The notes beneath the pieces were generated by a model that worked only from the letters and a program-made list of their open reading frames with translations, ran no database searches and had not been told where the DNA came from. Positions 1-10,646 of a stretch of 64,000 bases of DNA are shown here, piece by piece. The stretch lies in NCBI GenBank assembly GCA_963664305.2, contig CAXXLV010000001.1, forward strand, positions 43,084-107,083. The letters run 5' to 3'. The first letter of the stretch is position 1. Each line of letters begins with the position of its first letter. Source of the stretch: an uncultured Aliarcobacter sp. (GTDB lineage Bacteria; Campylobacterota; Campylobacteria; Campylobacterales; Arcobacteraceae). Position numbers and translations under genes: made by a program.

Positions 1-697
1 CAATGTGTTTTAAAATATCATCTTTTGAAATAAGATTGATTAATCCCATTCCATTTAAACTAGGTGCAATTCTATATGAAATATTTGCATCTTTATGCAA
101 TTCTCCATAATTTAAATTTTCTAGATTATATTTTGGTTTTAATAAAGTTTGTTTTTCACCATCAGGAAAACTCACTTCAATCTCTTCAAAATCTATTTTG
201 ATTTTTCCTTCAAAATCTACTCCAAAAATACCATTTATAGCCAACTGATTTCCATAAACTGGTTCAGGAATAAAACCTTTATATTTCAAAAGTTCTTGAT
301 GTTCAGGACTATTATCTGATCTTATTGATAATCTTGCAACTAATGATCTTGAAGTCATATTTTGCTCTGCAATTAGAGTTCCTCTTCCATTTTTAGGATG
401 ACAATTTACACAAGTATTTGCATTAAAAAGTGGTCCTAAACCATCACGTGCCGTTGTAACACTTGGAGCTTCAACCCATGGAATTGTAAAAAAACTTCTT
501 CCAAGAATAAATTTATCATATTCACTATCACTCAATGATGAAATAGGATTTAGCAATAAAGAACTATTTTTATCACTTGATAAAAATTTACTATCACTAT
601 TAACTGCAAAAAGCCCTGTAGCAAATATTGCTACAAGGCTTTTTAATAAAATTACTTTTTTAATAGTTAAAAAATTAGATTTTTGTTTCTTCAGCAT
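1..697 (-). CDS. Di-haem oxidoreductase family protein (imelysin partner), N-terminal part; runs off the window edge
   Basis: Not in the ORF track; translated by hand from ATG at 697: signal-like N-terminus, then ...GRSFFTIPWVEAPSVTTARDGLGPLFNANTCVNCHPKNGRG with a CxxCH haem motif. Overlaps the imelysin 3' end. Start codon uncertain. Confidence 0.8.
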   Translation of the reverse strand, partial: MLKKQKSNFLTIKKVILLKSLVAIFATGLFAVNSDSKFLSSDKNSSLLLNPISSLSDSEYDKFILGRSFFTIPWVEAPSVTTARDGLGPLFNANTCVNCHPKNGRGTLIAEQNMTSRSLVARLSIRSDNSPEHQELLKYKGFIPEPVYGNQLAINGIFGVDFEGKIKIDFEEIEVSFPDGEKQTLLKPKYNLENLNYGELHKDANISYRIAPSLNGMGLINLISKDDILKHI

Positions 698-2024
698 CCG
701 TTACATCTTCAGTAGTTAGACTAATTCCATTAGCAGCTGCAACATTAACCATTTCATCACCAAGTTTTCTCATCTCATTTTTAAGTTTTACAATAACTTT
801 TGATTGTTCATTTTCTGGTCTGATTTGATAATCAAAATGAGCTTTAGTTTTTGCAACTTCATCAATACTATTGATTTTATCTTCAATAGATGCCATTAAT
901 TTTTCAATTCTAGCTTTTGTTTCAGCATCAGTTGCATCTAAAAGAGCTTTTCCATATTTTTTACCATTATAAGTTGCAGTTAAAATATTTTTAAACCCTA
1001 AATAGTTATTTGCAATATCTCTGTGTGTATTATCTGAAAAACAAGAGTGTTCATCTTCTTCACTTGGAGTTAAAACTGCAACTGCAATTCTTTCATTTGC
1101 TAATTCAGATTTAATAAATACTCCCATTCCTGCAATAATTTGTTTCATTGCTTCAGAACTTTCAATATTTTTTGAAGCTTCTTTTCCTTTTAACTCACCT
1201 TTTAATGCAGCTTGGTATAAACCATTATTTCCTTTTACATTTTTTTCCCAAGCAGAAGTAATAACAGCTAAATCATCTACAAGTTTTGTTGTTGATGCTT
1301 GTAAATAAGCCAATCTTCTTTTTGCATTTTTATCAGTTGTAAAATCTGTAAGTGGTCTTTGTCCCGCTGTCATAGCACCTGGAGTTACAGCATCTGTCAT
1401 AAAGTTTGAATAATCTTGGTCTTGTCCCCATAATAAAAATTCAATTGCATGGTAACCAGTTGAAACATTTGCATCACCACCATTTTCATTTAATTCACCT
1501 AAAGCATCAGCTGTAATTTTTGTTACATCTACTTCTTTTGATTCTTCTCCACCTGGATTAAATTTTCCAACAGTATCAATAATATTTCCTGAAGTTAATT
1601 TTCCATCAGCATCAATTGTATAATCAATCATATTTTCATCTAATGGCCAAGCATTAATTTGTCCTTCTAATGAACCATAAGCTTCAGAAACCCATCCCTC
1701 TTCTGCATCAACAGGACCATTTGCAAGTCTAAAGATTTCAGTTTGTCCATAAGACTCTCTTGATTCTAACCAAGCTTTTTTTGCAGCATCAAGATTTACT
1801 TGTGTAGGATTTTTGCTAAATGTATCTATTGCTGTTTTTAAAGCTTTTGCATCTTTTAAAGCATCACTATAATTTGCTAAAGCAATATCTGAATATGCTT
1901 GTAAGATAGATTTTACTTGAGTTACTTCAAGTTTTTTTGGTTCAGTATTAGTTGCAGCATTAGAAGTTAATGCAATAGCTGCAACAACAGAAAACGAAAC
2001 TAACACTTTTTTAGTTAAATTCAT
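675..2024 (-). CDS. Imelysin family (IrpA-like) iron-regulated periplasmic protein
   Basis: Signal peptide, GYHAIEFLLWG (GxHxxE) motif, EEDEHSCFSDNT motif, upstream Fur box. Confidence 0.9.
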   Translation of the reverse strand: MNLTKKVLVSFSVVAAIALTSNAATNTEPKKLEVTQVKSILQAYSDIALANYSDALKDAKALKTAIDTFSKNPTQVNLDAAKKAWLESRESYGQTEIFRLANGPVDAEEGWVSEAYGSLEGQINAWPLDENMIDYTIDADGKLTSGNIIDTVGKFNPGGEESKEVDVTKITADALGELNENGGDANVSTGYHAIEFLLWGQDQDYSNFMTDAVTPGAMTAGQRPLTDFTTDKNAKRRLAYLQASTTKLVDDLAVITSAWEKNVKGNNGLYQAALKGELKGKEASKNIESSEAMKQIIAGMGVFIKSELANERIAVAVLTPSEEDEHSCFSDNTHRDIANNYLGFKNILTATYNGKKYGKALLDATDAETKARIEKLMASIEDKINSIDEVAKTKAHFDYQIRPENEQSKVIVKLKNEMRKLGDEMVNVAAANGISLTTEDVTDAEETKI

Positions 2025-2103
2025 AATCTAATTCCTTTTGTTAATTTTAATATTAATTATCATAATGAATTAAATCAAAAAAAAACTTTATCCTCTCTTA
2101 AAG

Positions 2104-2118
2104 TGATAATTATTATCA
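2104..2118. promoter_or_regulatory. Fur box (perfect 7-1-7) upstream of imelysin
   Basis: TGATAATTATTATCA is an exact TGATAATnATTATCA; a weaker copy lies at 2048-2062. Confidence 0.8.
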
Positions 2119-2125
2119 TAAATAT

Positions 2126-4195
2126 TTAGAATATACTTTTTAAATTATTTATAATATCTTTTGTTTTCTCATCTTTTATATTTTTATCTAGAACTTTATT
2201 TAATTTTTCTTCTATTTTATCTCTATTTTTTTCTATCTCATTTTTTAATAATTCTTTAGTATCTAAAGAGATATTTGGTTTTTTCATATCACCTTTTAAT
2301 GTAATTAAAAAACTACTAGTTTTAATTTGAGTATTTAATTTTGCATCAATTAAATTTTTCTCAAAATCAAGTAATGCATCTGTTGTATTTATTTGTGTAT
2401 TTGGACTTTGCATATTTAGATTTGATATAACTTGTTTTTCATTTATATTACTATCAATTTTAACTGTTTCATATATCTCTTTTGTTAAATCGAATTTTGC
2501 TAGTTGACTTACAATATTTGAATAATCATTTGGTAAAAAATGTCCATTTAAAAGATTTGCTTTTAATTTTCCTTTTTTTGTCAATAATTCATATTCTAAA
2601 TTTACATTTGCTTTTGAATCAAATATCTCTGGTTTATTCATTCTATATAATAACTCTTTCATATTTGCGTCATCTAATTTCAAGTTAAAAATGTCATCTT
2701 TTAAATTAAAATCCAATTTTCCACCAGCAAAATTTGAATTTCCAGTTAAGAAAAGAATATTATCCACAGATTTAACCTCACCTTTTAAATCTATATCTCC
2801 TCTTAAATCTGTATTTGTTAAACCTTTGATTTTTTCTAAAGCTAATATATTTAAAAAATAATCACTAGTAAATGATTTATTATCTAGATTATAAACTGCT
2901 TTTTCTAAATTTAATTTTCCAATATTTGATAAAACATCAATTTTAGAAATAGCTTGATTTGGAACTAATGAAGTATTTATTGTTGAATCAAAAGTTATTA
3001 CATCACTCAACTCTTGTTTATAAACTGCATTTACAACTTCATTTATGATTTTTGCATTTGATATTTTTGAAACTATTAATCCATCTAATTTTTCTAATGA
3101 ACTGTTTTTAACATCAGCATTTACATTAAAATCACCCGTTAAATAAACTGGCTCATTTAACATATGTAAAACTTTTTCTATTTTTGCATTTTCGATTTTA
3201 AAATTAATATTTTGAGCAATAGAATCTTTTAAATCTAATTTATATGTAGTTGTACTTTCAAAAATATTTGAAGTTCCATCAATTGATACAACAGAATTTT
3301 CCATAGAAACTTTACCTATATTTGAAAATTCTCCATTTAATTTTCTTCCTAAAATCCCCTCTAATCTATTTAAATTTTTTATATCAACTTTATAGTCACT
3401 AAAAAGTTTTTTATTGTTTAAATCTATTATTGTTTTATCTAAGTAAATATCTGCAATAGATGTTAATAATTCAGATTTTACTTCTGCCCTATTTCCAAAT
3501 AAAGAAGCATTTATATCCCCTTGGAAATTTATTGGTGAAGATAAAGTTTGATTGAACTCTTTATTAAAAATATCATTATTCAATATACCTTTTGATAGAT
3601 TTGCTACAAAAACTCCATCTAAATTGTTTACATCAATATTTTTAATATTTGCGTTAATGTTTAAATATCCTTTTAAATATTGTGGTTTATTTGCTAAAGC
3701 TAATAGTTCTTCAATTTTTCCATCTTTTAAATCTATTTGAACATTGTTTACTTCAAACTTATTTAGATTTATATAATATTTTGTTTGACTACTTGCAAGA
3801 TTTGAGAATCCTTGGATAATTGCATCTTGATTATTTCCTTTAAAAATACCATTTGTATAAAATTTTCCTTTTAAATCTTGATGCATTAAATTTTTTAATG
3901 TAGATAAATCATCAATTTTTATATCATATTTTAAATCTACACTCTTTTTAAAAATTGATAAATCACCAGAAATATTGATATAAGAATCTTCATTAATAAC
4001 GGCATTAAAATCTATAGATTTTAGGGTTAATATAAAATTATTTACTTTTAACTTCACTTTTTCTTGTTCATTATTTACTTTACTTTCTATATATGAAGAA
4101 ATGATGCTATTTCCGTATTTAGTAAATAAAGTTCCATATATTGAACCAATAATCAAAACTATTAAAATTGTTAATGAGAAAAATAATTTTTGCAT
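2126..4195 (-). CDS. Membrane-anchored periplasmic beta-rich protein, AsmA/TamB-like, with three internal repeats
   Basis: Single N-terminal TM, alternating hydrophobic beta pattern, repeated motifs, helical C-terminus. ATG at 4195 preferred over TTG at 4201. Confidence 0.55.
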   Translation of the reverse strand: MQKLFFSLTILIVLIIGSIYGTLFTKYGNSIISSYIESKVNNEQEKVKLKVNNFILTLKSIDFNAVINEDSYINISGDLSIFKKSVDLKYDIKIDDLSTLKNLMHQDLKGKFYTNGIFKGNNQDAIIQGFSNLASSQTKYYINLNKFEVNNVQIDLKDGKIEELLALANKPQYLKGYLNINANIKNIDVNNLDGVFVANLSKGILNNDIFNKEFNQTLSSPINFQGDINASLFGNRAEVKSELLTSIADIYLDKTIIDLNNKKLFSDYKVDIKNLNRLEGILGRKLNGEFSNIGKVSMENSVVSIDGTSNIFESTTTYKLDLKDSIAQNINFKIENAKIEKVLHMLNEPVYLTGDFNVNADVKNSSLEKLDGLIVSKISNAKIINEVVNAVYKQELSDVITFDSTINTSLVPNQAISKIDVLSNIGKLNLEKAVYNLDNKSFTSDYFLNILALEKIKGLTNTDLRGDIDLKGEVKSVDNILFLTGNSNFAGGKLDFNLKDDIFNLKLDDANMKELLYRMNKPEIFDSKANVNLEYELLTKKGKLKANLLNGHFLPNDYSNIVSQLAKFDLTKEIYETVKIDSNINEKQVISNLNMQSPNTQINTTDALLDFEKNLIDAKLNTQIKTSSFLITLKGDMKKPNISLDTKELLKNEIEKNRDKIEEKLNKVLDKNIKDEKTKDIINNLKSIF

Positions 4196-4375
4196 AAGCA
4201 CAACCCTTTTGATAAAGTGAGAAAATTATAACAAATTGTTTATAAAAATAACTATTTAAAATCGCTTTAGCTAATTTTTAGTTTTCTTTCTTTATAATCT
4301 CGTCCACAAAGTGTTAAGTAGGGATACGCAAGCCGAACAGACTTTGGAAATAAAAATTTATATAAGGAAAAAGAA

Positions 4376-4690
4376 ATGAAAAAAATCGTTCTTTTAATGC
4401 TAGCTATCGCTGGTTTTGCATTCGCTGCTGATGAAGCTGTTGTAAATGAAACTTTAAAAGCATACTCTGTAGTTGCTGCTGGAATTGGATTAGGTCTTGC
4501 TGCACTTGGTGGTGCTATTGGTATGGGTAATACTGCTGCTGCAACTATTGCTGGTACTGCTAGAAACCCAGGTTTAGGTGGAAAATTAATGACAACTATG
4601 TTCATTGCTTTAGCGATGATCGAAGCACAAGTTATTTATGCACTTGTTGTTGCTATGATTGCATTATATGCAAATCCATTTTTAGGGTAA
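4376..4690 (+). CDS. atpE: F0F1 ATP synthase subunit c
   Basis: GLGLAALGGAIGMG glycine motif, ARNP loop, IEAQVIY with the conserved Glu. Confidence 0.97.
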   Translation: MKKIVLLMLAIAGFAFAADEAVVNETLKAYSVVAAGIGLGLAALGGAIGMGNTAAATIAGTARNPGLGGKLMTTMFIALAMIEAQVIYALVVAMIALYANPFLG

Positions 4691-4720
4691 TCTTTAAATC
4701 TACAGATTTAATAAAACTCG

Positions 4721-4756
4721 AAAGGTCAAGAAGTTTTCTTCTTGACCTTTTTTTTT
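4721..4756 (+). terminator. Intrinsic terminator of atpE
   Basis: 13-bp stem AAAGGTCAAGAAG/CTTCTTGACCTTT followed by a T run. Confidence 0.9.
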
Positions 4757-4824
4757 GTCTATTTGACACCTTTTTGACACTCTTTAAAAGTAAAATTCCT
4801 TTTTAAATATAAAAAGGAAAAAAG

Positions 4825-6948
4825 TTGAAAAGCACTACTATAAAAAATAAACTTCTTATTTTGACTCTTCTTAGTATTTCTATCTCATTTATTATATTAG
4901 GATTTTATAACACTTATAATAATTACAGTTCAGAATATAATTTAATTAAACAAAAAGAGTTAGATTTAGCACAAGAAACTTCAAAATCTATTAACAATTA
5001 TTTACAATCAAAAATCGATATTGTTGAAGCTGTTGCAAGCGAAATCTCAGCACTACCTTTAGATGTAAAAAATAAAGAGATTATTGATAAATTAAGATTA
5101 GGAAATCTTGCTGGAAAGTTCTCAGGATTATATCTTGGAATTGGAGAAAATGGTAATTTTTTACAATTTGATGGTTCATTTAGAACTCCTCAAACACATG
5201 ATTATGATTCAAGAAAACGACCATGGTATAAAAAAGCCGTAGAAACAAATAATTCAGGTATTAGTGAACCTTATATAGATTTTTCTACAAAAAAACTAGT
5301 TATTTCAGTATCAGCACCTATAAAAAAAGATGGAAAAATTATTGGAGTTATTGGTTCAGATATTTCACTTGATACAGTTATAAATACTGTTTTAAATATA
5401 AATCTTGAAGAAGAAGGTTTTGCATATTTAACTGATTCTTTAGGAAAAACAATAATTCATAAAGATGAAAAAGAGTTTGAAAAACAAAGTGAAATATATC
5501 AACAAGTAAAATCAAATAATCAATTACATTTTTCTGAAGCATTACTAAATAATAATCCTCAATTAATCGCATACTGTAATATCCCTATTACAGATTGGAA
5601 GTTGATTATTCAACTAGATAAAAACGCCATTTCTAAAAAAATCAATAAAAATCTAGTAAAAGAAATATTTTTATATGTTTTCCTACTGATTATTATTCTT
5701 GGAATTTTATTTTATGCTTTAGTTAAAATTTTATCTCCATTAAAAACTTTTGAAAATGGATTAAATTTCTTCTTCAAATATCTAAAAGGTGAAGAAAAAA
5801 ATATCATTAAGTTAAATATTAATACAAATGATGAATTAGGGAAAATGGCTTTTGAAATTGATAAACAAATGGAAATTATTGCAAAAAATTTAGAAGAAGA
5901 TAAAGCTCTTATAGATGAAGTTAAAAATATCGTAAATAGAGTAAAAGAAGGTAATTTAGATTTACAAATAAAACAAGAAAGCTCAAATGAATCTCTTAAT
6001 GAATTAAAAAGTATGTTAAATGATATGATAAAAACTATTAGTGTAAATGTTAATCAAGATATTAATAGTATTTTAACTTCACTTGAAGAGTATTCAAAAT
6101 TAAATTTTGTTAATAATGTACAAAATCCAACAGGTAATGTTGCAATTGGGTTAAATAATTTATCAAATATTATAAATCAAATGCTTCAAGAAAATAAATC
6201 AAATGGTATTGTCTTAGATGAAAGTTCAAATCTTTTACTTAATAATGTAAATTTATTAAATAAAGCATCAAATGAAACAGCGGTATCTTTAGAAGAAACA
6301 GCTGCAGCTCTAGAAGAGATAACAAGTACAGTAATAAATAATACAGAACGAATTTCAATAATGGCAAATCATTCAAAAGAGTTATCTATTTCTATAGAAG
6401 ATGGACAAAAACTTGCAAATATCACAGTTGAATCAATGGATTCAATTAATGAACAAACACAAGCAATTGCAGATGCGATAACAATAATTGACCAAATAGC
6501 ATTCCAGACAAACATTCTTTCTTTAAATGCAGCTGTTGAAGCAGCAACTGCTGGTGAAGCAGGACGTGGATTTGCTGTTGTTGCACAAGAAGTTAGAAAT
6601 TTAGCATCAAGGTCAGCAGAAGCTGCAAAAGAGATTAAAGAGCTAGTAGAAAATGCAACAAGTAAGACTGATAGTGGTAAAAAAATAGCTGATGACATGA
6701 TAAAAGGATATGTTAAATTAAAAGAAAATATATCTAAAACTACTGAAGTTATCCATGATATTTCAATTTCATCAAAAGAACAAAGAACCAGCATAGAACA
6801 AATAAATGATGTAGTTACAAAACTAGATAGACAGACTCAAAACAATGCCTCAATAGCAACTCAAACACATGATATTGCAATAAACACATCAAATATTGCA
6901 CAAAAAATATTAGCAACAGTAAACGAAAAAAAATTTAGAGATAAATAA
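4825..6948 (+). CDS. Methyl-accepting chemotaxis protein with a dCache_1 sensor domain
   Basis: Two TMs around a Cache domain (YDSRKRPWY), HAMP-like region, signalling hairpin [34 protein letters not shown]. Confidence 0.95.
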   Translation: MKSTTIKNKLLILTLLSISISFIILGFYNTYNNYSSEYNLIKQKELDLAQETSKSINNYLQSKIDIVEAVASEISALPLDVKNKEIIDKLRLGNLAGKFSGLYLGIGENGNFLQFDGSFRTPQTHDYDSRKRPWYKKAVETNNSGISEPYIDFSTKKLVISVSAPIKKDGKIIGVIGSDISLDTVINTVLNINLEEEGFAYLTDSLGKTIIHKDEKEFEKQSEIYQQVKSNNQLHFSEALLNNNPQLIAYCNIPITDWKLIIQLDKNAISKKINKNLVKEIFLYVFLLIIILGILFYALVKILSPLKTFENGLNFFFKYLKGEEKNIIKLNINTNDELGKMAFEIDKQMEIIAKNLEEDKALIDEVKNIVNRVKEGNLDLQIKQESSNESLNELKSMLNDMIKTISVNVNQDINSILTSLEEYSKLNFVNNVQNPTGNVAIGLNNLSNIINQMLQENKSNGIVLDESSNLLLNNVNLLNKASNETAVSLEETAAALEEITSTVINNTERISIMANHSKELSISIEDGQKLANITVESMDSINEQTQAIADAITIIDQIAFQTNILSLNAAVEAATAGEAGRGFAVVAQEVRNLASRSAEAAKEIKELVENATSKTDSGKKIADDMIKGYVKLKENISKTTEVIHDISISSKEQRTSIEQINDVVTKLDRQTQNNASIATQTHDIAINTSNIAQKILATVNEKKFRDK

Positions 6949-7012
6949 CTAAAACTATCATAATACTTGATATGAATTTAAGTATTATGATAGTAACATT
7001 TCAATCCTATTT

Positions 7013-7097
7013 GCGGACGTGGTGGAATGGTAGACACGCCATCTTGAGGTGGTGGTGAGCTAAGCTTGTGCGGGTTCAAGTCCCGCCGTCCGCACCA
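7013..7097 (+). tRNA. tRNA-Leu(GAG)
   Basis: Acceptor stem GCGGACG/CGTCCGC + ACCA, anticodon arm CCATC-TT-GAG-GT-GGTGG, long variable arm, GGTTCAAGTCC T-loop. Confidence 0.95.
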
Positions 7098-7128
7098 AAA
7101 AATTAACTCCTAATCATTTTATAAATAA

Positions 7129-9458
<2,330 letters not shown>

Positions 9459-9592
9459 AACTCTTTTTTTATTTCCATTTGAGGAAAAAGTTTTTCCAAT
9501 AATAAATATTATTAATAATGTTTTAAGTTTATTCCTATATAATTCCAATACAAAATATATAAAAATTTATAAAATAAAAAAGGATTTAAAAA

Positions 9593-10189
9593 ATGTTAGT
9601 TACAAAAAAAGCTCCAGATTTTACAGCAACAGCTGTACTTGCAGATGGTCAAATTGTTGAGAATTTTAATTTATATGAAAATATTGGTGAAAAAGGTGCA
9701 GTATTATTTTTCTGGCCTTTAGATTTTACGTTTGTTTGTCCATCTGAAATTATAGCTTTCTCTAAAAGAGTTGATGAATTTGAAGCAAGAGGAATTCAAG
9801 TTATAGGTTGTTCAGTTGATTCTCAATTCTCTCACTTTGCATGGAGAGAAACAGCAGTTGAAAATGGTGGAATTGGAAGAGTAAAATTCCCAATGGTTGC
9901 AGATTTAAGTAAACAAATTTCTAGAGATTATGATGTATTATTTGGTGATTCTGTGGCACTTAGAGGTTCATTCTTAATTGATAAAGATGGAACTATCAGA
10001 CATGCAGTAATCAATGATTTACCACTTGGAAGAAATGTTGATGAAATGATTAGAATGGTAGATGCAATGTTATTTACAAATGAGCATGGTGAAGTTTGTC
10101 CTGCTGGTTGGGCAAAAGGTGACGAAGGTATGAAAGCAAATACTGCTGGTGTTGCTGAATACTTAGCTAAAAATGAAAATAAATTATAG
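9593..10189 (+). CDS. ahpC: 2-Cys peroxiredoxin (alkyl hydroperoxide reductase C)
   Basis: DFTFVCPSE and GEVCPAGW motifs. Confidence 0.97.
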   Translation: MLVTKKAPDFTATAVLADGQIVENFNLYENIGEKGAVLFFWPLDFTFVCPSEIIAFSKRVDEFEARGIQVIGCSVDSQFSHFAWRETAVENGGIGRVKFPMVADLSKQISRDYDVLFGDSVALRGSFLIDKDGTIRHAVINDLPLGRNVDEMIRMVDAMLFTNEHGEVCPAGWAKGDEGMKANTAGVAEYLAKNENKL

Positions 10190-10197
10190 GATTCATC

Positions 10198-10515
10198 ATG
10201 GGAAAATATTTAGAATTAAATCAAAATAATATAGAAGATACGATAAAAGAAGGTGTGTCATTAGTTGACTTTTGGGCACCTTGGTGTGGACCTTGTAGAA
10301 TGTTAGCTCCAACTATTGACCAATTAGCTGAAGATTTTGAAGGAAAAGCAAATATTTGTAAAGTAAATACAGAAGAAGAACCTGATTTAACTGCACAATA
10401 TCAAGTAAGATCTATTCCTACTATTCTTTTCTTTAAAGATGGAAAAGTTGTTGATCAACTAATTGGTGCTACAAATAAAACTACTCTTGAAGAAAAATTA
10501 AATAAATACTTATAA
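10198..10515 (+). CDS. trxA: Thioredoxin
   Basis: WCGPC motif, 105 aa. Confidence 0.97.
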   Translation: MGKYLELNQNNIEDTIKEGVSLVDFWAPWCGPCRMLAPTIDQLAEDFEGKANICKVNTEEEPDLTAQYQVRSIPTILFFKDGKVVDQLIGATNKTTLEEKLNKYL

Positions 10516-10520
10516 AATTT

Positions 10521-10549
10521 GAAACTAAAGACAATTTGTCTTTAGTTTC
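10521..10549 (+). terminator. Terminator of ahpC-trxA
   Basis: 13-bp stem GAAACTAAAGACA/TGTCTTTAGTTTC. Confidence 0.8.
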
Positions 10550-10646
10550 CCTCCGAATATCCCAAAAAACCTTAAATAGCCACTTAAAGTCAAGTTTTAC
10601 TAATTATAAAAATACTATAATTCTCAAAAATCTATAAAGGAATTTT

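Noticed and set aside
4267-4605. Antisense ORFs over real genes (also 6369-6794, 48949-49329, 52502-52792 and the many 60-90-aa track entries)
   Set aside because: Shadow frames of well-supported genes, with no RBS or recognisable motifs
4376-4690. Na+-coupled ATP synthase
   Set aside because: The Q...ES/T Na+ signature is absent
9500-9514. Fur/PerR box upstream of ahpC as an annotated feature
   Set aside because: TAATAAATATTATTA has three mismatches in very AT-rich DNA; mentioned only as a weak candidate
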